Positions 19,801-28,929 of a DNA stretch of 64,000 bases are shown in pieces. Below the pieces are notes generated by a model. That model was not told the origin of the DNA and ran no database searches. It was given only the letters and a program-made list of their open reading frames with translations. Within the stretch, counting starts at the first letter, position 1, and each line of letters begins with the position of its first letter. Origin of the DNA: an uncultured Poribacteria bacterium (GTDB taxonomy: Bacteria; Poribacteria; WGA-4E; WGA-3G); contig OX638351.1 of assembly GCA_951813565.1 (NCBI GenBank), forward strand, positions 3,410,492-3,474,491. Reading direction: 5' to 3'. The position numbers were made by a program, and so were the translations under genes.

Positions 19801-22800
19801 CCGAAACATTCAGAGCAGAGTTGAGAAGATGTCGCGCATAAGCGAGATAGAATATAATCGCAAACTCGCTCAGATTGAAGCCGCAGTTGCACTACAAGAC
19901 CTATTCAACCGATACTATACCTCTCTTTTCTGTAGCATTGACCTTTCCTCTCAATCGAATCAGTTCGGTGTATTTAACAAAGGATGGTTTTATGACCAAC
20001 AACCGGAATTTGTGTTACGGCGAGAGTTCGCGAGTATTGGCAATAAACTCGCTGCTTATGCAGCTGATGCTGATTTCGGTGTCCGCGTGAGGAAATTATG
20101 GCGAGCAACAGACGATCAGATTCGTCAAGCGGTTATGGCGCGACAGTGGTCAGTGGCAAGTCAGATTTCTGATAAGGCAGACCTTGAAGGGAAAACGCTT
20201 GAGACTCTGCTTAGCGCACACTATGGTAAACTCACAGGTTTAGGCGGTGTTAGCCGACTCATGAAGATGCAGTTTGAGCAGTGGCGAAACCGAGGTGAAC
20301 CGTCTGAAGATATGCTTAAGGATATGGACTATATCCGCAAAGAGGTAGAACGGTTTATCCGAAACGATGTGCGCAGCGCAAAGAAAAACCGAAAAAACAG
20401 TATCCGCATGCGTGAACAGTTAGACGCTATGCTAAGACTCCGGCACGAAGACCCCGACACATTTACTGAAGATGAGATAGAGGACATTAAAACATTAATC
20501 TCAATTGTAGGATTGGGCGGCGGTAGTAACTTTGTCAATGCAATTTCCGCGAGTGGTGGAAAAACGTGGAAAACCTATATCCCAGGGAAAATCGCCTTTG
20601 ATAGTGAGGTCGCAACACTTGTTGGTAAAACAGGCATCGCCTTTGCAACGATTGAAGACGCGCGCGTCCTTACCGATACACCGCTTGATACGATTGATCG
20701 CGTTGATCTACGTGAAGATGGCAATCTACATCAACAAGCAAAAACATTGGCATCTCTACTGATACAAGCGCTACGCGATCCACAGATGCCCACTGCAGCA
20801 CGCGTTGGAAACTTTTATTGTAACCTTTTCGGTGATGTAGTTGAATTCGATGCCCGTGAATCTGCGTTGCCAAATAAACCTGTACCATATCCGATTGTAA
20901 CGCTTCGCCGAAAACACAAAACTATGATGGGGGTACGCGGTGACTTATTCGCCATGGGCGATAATAAAGGTAATTTTGAAGTCGCTGGGTTGGCAATGGA
21001 AGGCAGAGCGACTCGCAGACTTGGTGGTGCGCAAGAAGTAGAGGCATATATCCTTGACTCCGATTCTGGGGATATTGTCTACGCTCCCGATTTAGGGAAT
21101 TACGGTGCTAAACTGCTACCGAATAAAGTGCCGATCAACACACGGCGACGGGGATGTCGGGTTGTCACTTTCCCGTGTGTATCCACAACTATCTATGATT
21201 TAGTTGACCAGCGCTATCTCCGTACCTTACGCGAATTAGAGGTGTATGATGCGTTATCCGATAGCCCACCCGAAAAATTCGGCGTGTCTAAACCGTGGCA
21301 GCAGGAAGGTGTTTCTGCAGCTGAACCGATCGCGCTTGTCTATAGCGAACCGCAAAGCCGTATAAAAATTGGGATGGCGTACGGACAAATCGGTAAACGT
21401 CTACTTCTTATTAAAGCGACCAAAAGCGGTATGAAAAATCCAACGCTTTACACTGGCGAAGGGTTTGTAGTCCGTGAAAACGGCAGTATCCGTCTCACGC
21501 CTTATGTTGTTGTACGCGATATGTGGTGGCTTGATGAGAATCGGTCTCGCCTTTACAAACGGTTCGGTATATCCAGTGATCGGCTTGATAAGTTGCATCA
21601 ATTTGCCAATGAATATCTCTCACGAGCAGAAACTGCACTTTTCCAAAACGACTACCAGCAGGCGCTGAAGTTGGCACGTGCTGCATGGGGATACGAATCA
21701 CGCGCCTATCCGGATGTAAAAAGAACTGGGAACGATGTCGTTAACGGCATTATGTTCTACCTTGCGCTCTTGATGCCGTTTGCCTACTTTATGGAACGGC
21801 TTATATTCGGTTTCCCAAACATTCACAAACAGATTTTAGCCACTTTTGGCATTTTCCTCCTTGTCTTTTACTTCTTAAGTCAGGTGCATCCAGCGTTCCA
21901 GATAACAACAACGCCCATAATTATCTTAATTGCCTTCATTGTTCTTGCGTTGACTGTGCTTGTCATCAGCATTATCGTTAGGAAATTTGAGGAACAACTT
22001 GAAAAGATACGTCAGCAGGGCAATAAGGTGTATAAAGCCGATGTCGGTAGGTTGAGCGCAAGTGCTGCAGCATTTAGCCTCGGTATCTCCAATATGCGGA
22101 AACGCAAAGGACGAACTATTCTTACGTGCGCCACATTGGTTATTCTCACGTTTACTGTCATCTCGTTTACATCGGTGCGGACGTTTATGCGTCCTAACCG
22201 AACCAGTTTGCCACAAGTTACACCGCGTTATACAGGCTTACTCATTCGCGATCAGTATTGGCGTCCTCTTGAAGAACCTATCCTTAACTCAATTCTAAAC
22301 GATATGCAGAAGACGCAAATTACTGTAAATGATTTAGAACGACTTCTGGAACAGAAAAATCTAATTCTTGCAAAGCAAGGGCAAACGCCACTGGATATAC
22401 CTGCAGCAATTGCAGGATTGCAGGAAAGTGGGTTTATCAAAAATGTTGACGAAGAACCGATTCTCGCTGTTCAAAATGTTGTCGCGCCACGCGCATGGTA
22501 CCAGTCCTCTGGAACAGGGGATCAATCTTTTGTACAACTGACGCGAAGCCCGAACACACAAGACACTGCACCACCGACACGCCCGCTCACAGGTGAACCG
22601 TTGAGCTTCGCCGCAAACATGCTTGTTGGCATGAGTGAGTCGGAACCCGCAGTCACTGGTATTGATCGCTATCTCCAATATGGAAAATGGTTTAATCGTG
22701 ATGATGCTGACAATTGGCCAACCGAGTGGCCCTACGCAATCGTTCTTCCGAAAGGGATGGCAGATCTTTTGAAACTAACCGAAAGTGATATGGGGAAAGC

Positions 22801-24097
22801 GACAATCTCTGTTTATGGTGCTGATTTTACCGTTGTCGGTGTTTTGGGGATAGGATTCAAGGATTTGACTGATAACGATGGCGAAGAAATGACACCTGTA
22901 GATTACCAATTGATGCAGCAGCAACAGAGTAGAGGTGGCACAGGCGATGAAACGCTTGAGGGGGAACTTCAAAAATATCTCCATCTCACCCCAGATAGCA
23001 TTGCAGTTTTGCCTTATGAAGTTGTCATGAACCAAGGCGGAACACTTAGAAGCGTTGCAGTCAACATGGAACCTCAAGAGAACGATCCGAAACTATTAGG
23101 TGCAATTGATAAACTTGATCTTATCATGGCACCGCTGATGAACCGCATTGCGCTTGACTTTTTTGTTGGACGCGACAAAGATACCTATCTTTATAGCAGT
23201 ATTGGTATGACCAGTTTTAGCGGCATGGGCAACCTATTTGTGCCAATTCTGATTGCTGCGTTGATTGTTCTAAATACCATGCTCGGTGCAGTTTATGAGC
23301 GCGTCCGCGAAATAAGCATTTACAGTTCTGTTGGACTCGCGCCTATCCATATCGCTTTCCTCTTCCTTGCCGAAGCGTGTGTATATGCGATTGTTGGCGC
23401 TGTTTTAGGGTATCTAATGGGACAGGTGATCGCAACAACATTGGTGCATTTCGGTTGGCTCGCGGGCTTAACGCTAAACTATTCTTCAATGTCTACAGTC
23501 GTGGCGACAGTTATTGTGATGATTGTGGTGCTGCTCAGTACGCTTTACCCTGCTATAAAAGCATCCCGCATGGCAGTGCCAGATATTGAACGAAAATGGA
23601 AGTTGCCTGAACCTGAAGGCGATATATGGCATTTCAATCTACCGTTTACCGTTTTAGCGGAAGAAGCACTTGGCTTGAACGTCTTTATGCGCGATTATTT
23701 TGATGCACATGCCGATGAGTCTGCCAGCGATTTCTATACAGACAACGTTACTTTCAGTTCTGCTGAAGAGGATTCTTATGAGATTGGGATGATGGTCTGG
23801 TTAGCGCCTTACGATTTAGGTGTAAGTCAATCTATCCAATTTATCACTTCGCCTGTCGGTGGAGAAGAAGAAGACCTTTTCAAAATCACATTAGATGTGC
23901 ACCGCGAAAGTGGTGAGATAGCGTCATGGAAACGTGTCAATCGTCGTTTCCTCAATTTGTTGCGAAAACAGTTGCTGATATGGCGAACCTTCAGCGTTGA
24001 TATCCGCTCAGAATTCCATGAACGGGGTAGAACCGAAAGCACTGATACGCCAGAGGGTACCGGGCAATTGGATCCCGTCGTGGCACCGGCGGATTAG
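16814..24097 (+). CDS. giant (2427 aa) multidomain envelope protein: signal/TM - 2x LysM - TSP3-like Ca-binding repeats - PA domain - M28-peptidase-like (apparently degenerate) domain - coiled coils - C-terminal MacB/FtsX-type permease module
   Basis: LysM: HTVEAGETLEKIAENYAVPLTTIAEN and YRLQEGDTLASLARRYRVTKASI. Ca-binding repeats: DGIDNNEDGTVDEYGE / DGIDNDADGWTDE / DGVDNNKDGRIDETGE. PA plus M28-like: VVTAYYDSMSV...GADPTCGIAVLMELARLF...VLFVAVDAHFQGLAGMRAF, with the usual His/Asp/Glu-Glu zinc-ligand positions appearing substituted. C-terminus contains TM RTILTCATLVILTFTVISF, then a roughly 350-aa loop, then FtsX-like 3-TM LIAALIVLNTMLGAVYERVREISIYSSVGLAPIHIAFLFLAEACVYAIVGAVLGYLMG. Confidence 0.85.
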   Translation: MRIKYYIVINLLVFLCCVSFGYAAEGKKTLGLSEAAIQIRDQLSIRNIRKDLARLSSLESRVTGYPQAANGSKYIFDRFVEMGLKNVESREFTVTVPIDYGNSAIDILSADGTVQHTFPLKPLWPNLVRTSLLADGVKHTVEAGETLEKIAENYAVPLTTIAENPHNQYLPTPVVEGNTVFIPTGGLTGPLFYGDDAQLADFNGSKVGGFWYRLQEGDTLASLARRYRVTKASITDDVLNGHLQKASDGIDNNEDGTVDEYGEIPLLSEILGWATDGIDNDADGWTDEIPGDATDGVDNNKDGRIDETGEFIAASESDIFIPKGAIVLAEFNSGTRWINAAMLGASAVIFIEPETTIRGEAENKFLTVPANIPRFWISNTDAVQLKDFLATGEEVNVRLRGKMKWERRVGQNIRGFLEGGDPVLRDELVVVTAYYDSMSVVPAIAPGADPTCGIAVLMELARLFGQPQYRPGRSVLFVAVDAHFQGLAGMRAFMEGIGQDIVGSATDSPGTPTLQGLRRGLSNDIIEFEELGRKLLLSIDRSILVDLDADFYHGVHGIKEDLESLSTTLTGLSTTRSQIDWLHRAQRDFSERQKKQVDRNRKREKQGFTEEEKSRLEANLVRFEKEALQTTHFLREIVNRLGQIRTSALKTSKDAQRELIETIALPIARLDTWAVDRLMRELESGEIDDRYDTHPNASYLLPMKDGTDYEVPTPDDLPPELLSEIEQLNKTLANWEMSDQRKFALMWTPDKILDRHLDLPTLRKARDARKTLANTTESKEDAIPRERVLLEKIKENLKDTATIENQIKEAITKLSSDREHDLPPEVLTQYLTEASQERINRIDDQLQQRLTEATSASVVGEAGDGSSENILIEDLARDKQGIFEIALRNARLERTRIQYLLDSHETLTREFLDEELLILKSYLSGEEVAQAKEARKHIAAYLVEAEILQAVKQNAASDVIALENLIKQLPSLTRDIDAQTKVLLRDNMLTLRNARFRNIQSRVEKMSRISEIEYNRKLAQIEAAVALQDLFNRYYTSLFCSIDLSSQSNQFGVFNKGWFYDQQPEFVLRREFASIGNKLAAYAADADFGVRVRKLWRATDDQIRQAVMARQWSVASQISDKADLEGKTLETLLSAHYGKLTGLGGVSRLMKMQFEQWRNRGEPSEDMLKDMDYIRKEVERFIRNDVRSAKKNRKNSIRMREQLDAMLRLRHEDPDTFTEDEIEDIKTLISIVGLGGGSNFVNAISASGGKTWKTYIPGKIAFDSEVATLVGKTGIAFATIEDARVLTDTPLDTIDRVDLREDGNLHQQAKTLASLLIQALRDPQMPTAARVGNFYCNLFGDVVEFDARESALPNKPVPYPIVTLRRKHKTMMGVRGDLFAMGDNKGNFEVAGLAMEGRATRRLGGAQEVEAYILDSDSGDIVYAPDLGNYGAKLLPNKVPINTRRRGCRVVTFPCVSTTIYDLVDQRYLRTLRELEVYDALSDSPPEKFGVSKPWQQEGVSAAEPIALVYSEPQSRIKIGMAYGQIGKRLLLIKATKSGMKNPTLYTGEGFVVRENGSIRLTPYVVVRDMWWLDENRSRLYKRFGISSDRLDKLHQFANEYLSRAETALFQNDYQQALKLARAAWGYESRAYPDVKRTGNDVVNGIMFYLALLMPFAYFMERLIFGFPNIHKQILATFGIFLLVFYFLSQVHPAFQITTTPIIILIAFIVLALTVLVISIIVRKFEEQLEKIRQQGNKVYKADVGRLSASAAAFSLGISNMRKRKGRTILTCATLVILTFTVISFTSVRTFMRPNRTSLPQVTPRYTGLLIRDQYWRPLEEPILNSILNDMQKTQITVNDLERLLEQKNLILAKQGQTPLDIPAAIAGLQESGFIKNVDEEPILAVQNVVAPRAWYQSSGTGDQSFVQLTRSPNTQDTAPPTRPLTGEPLSFAANMLVGMSESEPAVTGIDRYLQYGKWFNRDDADNWPTEWPYAIVLPKGMADLLKLTESDMGKATISVYGADFTVVGVLGIGFKDLTDNDGEEMTPVDYQLMQQQQSRGGTGDETLEGELQKYLHLTPDSIAVLPYEVVMNQGGTLRSVAVNMEPQENDPKLLGAIDKLDLIMAPLMNRIALDFFVGRDKDTYLYSSIGMTSFSGMGNLFVPILIAALIVLNTMLGAVYERVREISIYSSVGLAPIHIAFLFLAEACVYAIVGAVLGYLMGQVIATTLVHFGWLAGLTLNYSSMSTVVATVIVMIVVLLSTLYPAIKASRMAVPDIERKWKLPEPEGDIWHFNLPFTVLAEEALGLNVFMRDYFDAHADESASDFYTDNVTFSSAEEDSYEIGMMVWLAPYDLGVSQSIQFITSPVGGEEEDLFKITLDVHRESGEIASWKRVNRRFLNLLRKQLLIWRTFSVDIRSEFHERGRTESTDTPEGTGQLDPVVAPAD

Positions 24098-24126
24098 ATA
24101 AATCAGAATCTGACTGAACAAGGAAA

Positions 24127-24324
24127 ATGTATATGGAAAAATTAGCAAGCGTTATTATTATCATTGGGACTGTTCTATGGTTTATTAGCGTTCTGTTTTT
24201 GGGAGGGCGTTGGCAGTGGCAAATGTTGGCAGCACTTATATTAACTATCGGCATCTTCCTCGCTCATTTTTGGGAAGAACTCAGCGAAGAAAAGAATAAG
24301 AATACACCGAAAGATGATAATTGA
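24127..24324 (+). CDS. small two-TM membrane protein (65 aa)
   Basis: Two hydrophobic helices (VIIIIGTVLWFISVLFLGG and ALILTIGIFLAHFW). Sits 30 nt after the giant gene. Confidence 0.4.
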   Translation: MYMEKLASVIIIIGTVLWFISVLFLGGRWQWQMLAALILTIGIFLAHFWEELSEEKNKNTPKDDN

Positions 24325-24412
24325 AGACTCTTGGAGTATAAAGCAGCACGTTAGAAATCGGGGTTAGAAACCCCTCCTACAAGAGCGTTTGGAAAAAAAG
24401 GAGAATATTTAA

Positions 24413-26401
24413 TTGGCGCGAGAGAGAATCTCACAAGCAGATGAATGGCAAACGTGGGCACAACGCTACGACATAGAAGGCGGCATCCGAACCTTTGAAT
24501 CTGGATTGACGGGCAAAGTGTTCTTCGGTGCACTTTTTGTCGGTTTGCTCATGATGCCCGGCTCCATCTATCTGAGTTATGTATCTGGTCAATCAGGTGC
24601 AGCGGCTGCCCCTTGGGTAGCAGTTATCTTGTTCACCGAATTAGCCAGACGTTCCTTCACCACGGCACGTCGTCAAGAACTCTATATGCTGCTAAGCCTC
24701 ACTGGTGCAGCAGTCGGCAGCGGTATGCAATATCGGAGTTTTATTTGGTATGCATATTTTATAAACACACCGCAAGCCATTTCTTATGAAATTGCCGACA
24801 AAATACCCGCATGGGTTGTGCCAGCAGGTGATTCCTTAGCCATTGCGAGCCGAAGTCTGCTACATCCTGACTGGTTGTTGCCTATAGGTATCTACCTCGC
24901 GGGGAAGTTTCTTGGGACTCTGCGGGTTGTCAGTGGTCAGTATATTCTCTTTAGACTTACTGCTGACCTTGAACGGCTTCCCTATCCGATGGCACCGATT
25001 ACAGCACAAGGTGCAACTGCGTTAGCTGAAACAACTGGTAAACAAGAAACATGGCGATGGCAAGTCTTTTCTATCGGGTCTATGGCAGGCTTAATATGGG
25101 GATTCATCTACATCGGCGTTCCTGCTCTCACTGGCGTGATGATGAGCCAACCGATACAAATTTTGAAGATACCGTGGATAGATTTTACGCAAAGTATTGA
25201 AGGATTCGCGCCGACAGGGGTCTTTGCGCTTCGAACCGACTTCGGACAGATGCTCTTCGGATTCGTCTTGCCGTTTCCAGTGGTGATGTCGGAGTTTGTT
25301 ACCGCGATGCTTTCGCAATTTGTTGTCAATCCACAAATTCTCTACAGAAACGAGATATTACATCAATGGGAACCTGGACTTGATGTGCGCGCGACTGGGC
25401 TCTTCAACGATCTCGATTTCTGGAGGAGTTACGGCATAGGTAAAACGTTTAGCCTCGGTCTTGTTGGCATGGCTGCCTCTGTCCCAATGCTTTTCAAACT
25501 TCGCAGTACCCAGAAAAAGGCGGGAGAACGTGGGTCACTTGCCACACCACCGAACCGTGGTGATTTTCCATTATGGCTTATGGGAACACTATGGTTGATC
25601 GGTATGGGTGGATTTGTCTGGCTCATCCATTGGATGGTACCGAATTTCCCACTGAGTTTCCTACTTGGATTCGCGTTCTTATATACGCCAATTAATTCAT
25701 ATATCACCGCAAGGACGTTCGGCGTGCTCGGCCGTGATCTATTTGAAATACCTTATTTGCATGAGATCACTTTTATTCTCAGCCGGTACGAGGAGATTGA
25801 TATCTGGTTTGCCCCGCTACCTGACGAAGATTACGGAGCAGGCACACAAGGATGGCGCGTGCTTGAACTTACCGGAACAACTTTTACATCAAACCTTGCT
25901 GCCACGCTTCTGATTATGCCTATCCTGATTGTTAGTGGAATTGTGGTACAGCACTTTATCTGGCAAATAGCACCAATACCGAGCGCACAATATCCATTTG
26001 TTCAGATGATGTGGCCGATTAACGCAACAAACGAATGTCTCATGAAAACATCACTGCGCGATGGGAATAGTGAGATAATACAAGCCATTCGAGGTGATTA
26101 TGTTGCGGCAGGATTTACCTCCAGTCTCGCGATCTATGGACTGCTTTGGGTGTTAAAATATCCGTCAATGTGGTTTTACGGTATTATTGGTGGAATTGGT
26201 GCTGATCCGGGCAGTATGGTTGCGCGGTTACTCGGGGCCATCATCGGTAGATTCTATATGATTAAGCGGTTCGGTTTGAAGCGGTGGTTTATGTTCAATC
26301 CGGTACTGGCAGCAGGCTTTGCTTGTGGTGTGGGACTGATCGGGATGGGTACCGTTGCCATTGCCCTTGTCTCTAAAGCGGTCATTGTTAAGCCGTTTTA
26401 G
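24413..26401 (+). CDS. large polytopic integral membrane protein (662 aa), unknown family
   Basis: At least 14 predicted hydrophobic helices. TTG start with AAGGAG SD 8 nt upstream. No catalytic motif recognised. Confidence 0.6.
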   Translation: MARERISQADEWQTWAQRYDIEGGIRTFESGLTGKVFFGALFVGLLMMPGSIYLSYVSGQSGAAAAPWVAVILFTELARRSFTTARRQELYMLLSLTGAAVGSGMQYRSFIWYAYFINTPQAISYEIADKIPAWVVPAGDSLAIASRSLLHPDWLLPIGIYLAGKFLGTLRVVSGQYILFRLTADLERLPYPMAPITAQGATALAETTGKQETWRWQVFSIGSMAGLIWGFIYIGVPALTGVMMSQPIQILKIPWIDFTQSIEGFAPTGVFALRTDFGQMLFGFVLPFPVVMSEFVTAMLSQFVVNPQILYRNEILHQWEPGLDVRATGLFNDLDFWRSYGIGKTFSLGLVGMAASVPMLFKLRSTQKKAGERGSLATPPNRGDFPLWLMGTLWLIGMGGFVWLIHWMVPNFPLSFLLGFAFLYTPINSYITARTFGVLGRDLFEIPYLHEITFILSRYEEIDIWFAPLPDEDYGAGTQGWRVLELTGTTFTSNLAATLLIMPILIVSGIVVQHFIWQIAPIPSAQYPFVQMMWPINATNECLMKTSLRDGNSEIIQAIRGDYVAAGFTSSLAIYGLLWVLKYPSMWFYGIIGGIGADPGSMVARLLGAIIGRFYMIKRFGLKRWFMFNPVLAAGFACGVGLIGMGTVAIALVSKAVIVKPF

Positions 26402-26430
26402 CCAAAATTCTCTCGTGGTGGAAAATCGGT

Positions 26431-27378
26431 ATGGACTGGACTCTTTTTGGTTGGGCAGGCATTCAGTTAGAGATACCGACAACTTGGGAAATCAGTGGTA
26501 TCAGCGGCGATGAGAAGAACGGTTACCTTCGGTTAGATGACGCTGAGATGCCTCGGTTAGAACTCAAATGGGCAAAGACACGGAAAAAGAAACCTGACCT
26601 ACACAAAACACTCGACGAATACTTCAAGTTAGTCCGTAAAAACTACAAACGCGGTGGTAATGTCTCATTTCGTAGGAACGTTGACCTTATTAAAGACGAG
26701 GATTTTTTAAAAGGTCACACTGTCCTTGGTTTTAGTTGGAAGGGAGGTATCCGCGCAAATGGATTGATCATCCATAGTCCCGATACTAAACGGATCACCA
26801 TTGTCCAAGTCATGGGACGGCTCAAAGAAAACTGGCGTCCTACGGTACTACGCATCTTTCAATCTATTTCGGACCAAGGAGACCCGAAAAACACCGTCTG
26901 GAGTGCGTATGGACTGAGGCTTGCTGTTCCGAAAAACTATAAGTTAGAAAGCCAGAAACTTCTCAGCGGATATCTATTGTTTGCATTTACAAGAGGTAAA
27001 AGTCGTAAACTTAGTATTGAACGCTACGGTCCTGCGGAGGTGTTATTAAACGAATTTAGTTCAGAACCGAATCCTTTAGAGACTTGGTTTCGGGCGCGCT
27101 ACGCTAAAGCGATTCGTGGTTATGGGTTTGAAGTGACACCACATGAAGAGCACGGAGACGAACGCATCACGTTTGTCGGACAGCAGACACGACTTTACGA
27201 TAGTATGCCATTTTCACCCTTACTAGTACTTGATAAACTCCGAAAACGGGTAAGACTTACGTTTTTTATTTGGCATTGTTATCATACCAACCGTATCTAT
27301 GTGGTGCAATCAATTGGACGCCATGAGACCTCTGAGAAACTTGCACAAGAGGTCGCAAAAAGTATTCACTGCCACTAA
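26431..27378 (+). CDS. hypothetical protein (315 aa)
   Basis: Protein-like ORF 30 nt downstream of the membrane protein. No recognisable motif. Confidence 0.5.
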   Translation: MDWTLFGWAGIQLEIPTTWEISGISGDEKNGYLRLDDAEMPRLELKWAKTRKKKPDLHKTLDEYFKLVRKNYKRGGNVSFRRNVDLIKDEDFLKGHTVLGFSWKGGIRANGLIIHSPDTKRITIVQVMGRLKENWRPTVLRIFQSISDQGDPKNTVWSAYGLRLAVPKNYKLESQKLLSGYLLFAFTRGKSRKLSIERYGPAEVLLNEFSSEPNPLETWFRARYAKAIRGYGFEVTPHEEHGDERITFVGQQTRLYDSMPFSPLLVLDKLRKRVRLTFFIWHCYHTNRIYVVQSIGRHETSEKLAQEVAKSIHCH

Positions 27379-27547
27379 GATTGAGATAGTGAATATTCAA
27401 TAATAGTCAGAACAACATCAATTGACCCTTAAGGGTATATGAAAAAAGAAACAGAGATACTCAATTTTTTTGACATTCCGGTTGAACACTTTCCCGATAG
27501 AAGTGTCAGATGGTTGTTCCAAGACAAGGAGAATGTCCGAGGGTTGT

Positions 27548-28913
27548 TAGCACTCCCCGTCAAACCCCCTGCCTTTAGGTAGGGGATGTCCACGGCGAAA
27601 GTTTTGATTTAAAATATACTTTTCAATCTAATCACAATGTGGTATAATATATCATACTATAGTGTAACTCTTGAAGTGATAAAAGACTATATTGAAGGTC
27701 AAAGTGGTCAATGAGAAAATCTCACAAGTTCAAACTTCAACACCAATCTAACACAATCAAACTTGGTAATATGCTTGATGATATGTGGGAAATCCATCTA
27801 CATATCATGCGTTTGGCACGTAGGTATTATCGCATGTTCGGCAAAAATTTGTCTGCGTATCGTCTGAAGGCACACGTCACAAAACTTAAAAAGACAACTA
27901 AACCGCATTGGGCAGCCTTGCCGAGCCAAGTTGTGCAAGACATTGTGCTGCATGGTAAATCTCAAGACGCTTTCTTTGAGAATATCGAAGACCGAAAAGC
28001 GGGCAAAACAACGCGTAAAGTGGATAGACCGAAAATCAAACCGCGCCACAAATACAACGCCATGACCTTCACACAAGCAGGCTACAAACTTGAAGGGAAC
28101 CGTATCAAAATCAACTGTATAGATACATGGTTTTCCTTTCACAAACACCGTGAAATCAAAGGTGTCATCAAGACGATAACGATCAAACGTGACAGGTGCG
28201 GTGACTATTGGATATGCTTTTCGTGTGAGAATGTTGACGATTCCGAACCCAAACCCAAGAGGGGTAAGAGCGCAGGATTTGATTATGGAAACAAAACATT
28301 CCTCACAAGCGACGAAGGGGACACAATAGAATCCCCGCAGTTTTTCAAACAATCACTCAACACGTTGCGATCTCTCAACAAAGCACTCAGTCGTAAAGTC
28401 AAAGGTTCTAACAACTATTATCGTGCGTGCCGTGCTTTGGCAAGGCAACACAGAAAGGTTGCCCGACAAAGAGAAGATTGGCAATGGAAACTTGCCTCAA
28501 AACTTTGTGTAGAGTTTGACACACTCATTTTTGAAACGCTGAACCTTGACGGTATGAAACGATTATGGGGACGTAAAGTTTCTGACCATTCTTTCTACCA
28601 GTTTCTTCAGATATTGGAACAGAAGTGTGCCAAACACGGCAAAAAACTTGTGCAAATCTCTCAATGGATAGCAACAACAAAACCTTGTAGTGATTGTGGA
28701 TACCCTAACAAAGAACTCTCTCTTTCTGATAGGCAGTGGACATGCCCCAAATGTGGCTCACACCACGACAGAGACATCAATGCTGCTATCAATATCAAAC
28801 AGGCAGGCTTGGCTGCCTAAAGTGGAGCGACAATAAGACGGTGGACGCTAAGCGAAAACCGCAGTCGCAAGGAAGCACAAGCCCCTACCTTTAGGTAGTG
28901 GGTACCTATGACA
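27548..28913 (+). mobile_element. IS200/IS605-family TnpB-only insertion element (IS1341-like), copy 1
   Basis: Left end hairpin CCCCCTGCCTTTAGGTAGGGG. TnpB ORF in between. Right end GCCCCTACCTTTAGGTAGTGGGTACCTATGACA, the region expected to encode the omega/reRNA. Roughly 96% identical to the inverted copy at 59351..60720. No tnpA. Confidence 0.85.
27711..28820 (+). CDS. tnpB: TnpB (OrfB) RuvC-like RNA-guided nuclease of IS200/IS605 family
   Basis: 369 aa. C-terminal zinc finger CSDCG...C.KCG and RuvC-III ...DRDINAAINI. Typical TnpB N-terminus MRKSHKFKL.... Confidence 0.9.
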   Translation: MRKSHKFKLQHQSNTIKLGNMLDDMWEIHLHIMRLARRYYRMFGKNLSAYRLKAHVTKLKKTTKPHWAALPSQVVQDIVLHGKSQDAFFENIEDRKAGKTTRKVDRPKIKPRHKYNAMTFTQAGYKLEGNRIKINCIDTWFSFHKHREIKGVIKTITIKRDRCGDYWICFSCENVDDSEPKPKRGKSAGFDYGNKTFLTSDEGDTIESPQFFKQSLNTLRSLNKALSRKVKGSNNYYRACRALARQHRKVARQREDWQWKLASKLCVEFDTLIFETLNLDGMKRLWGRKVSDHSFYQFLQILEQKCAKHGKKLVQISQWIATTKPCSDCGYPNKELSLSDRQWTCPKCGSHHDRDINAAINIKQAGLAA

Positions 28914-28929
28914 AATTCTCTCAAGTGAG

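Noticed and set aside
27798-28352. 184-aa minus-strand ORF inside tnpB copy 1 (and 60116..60559 plus-strand inside copy 2)
   Set aside because: Antisense to a clear TnpB ORF. No independent coding evidence.
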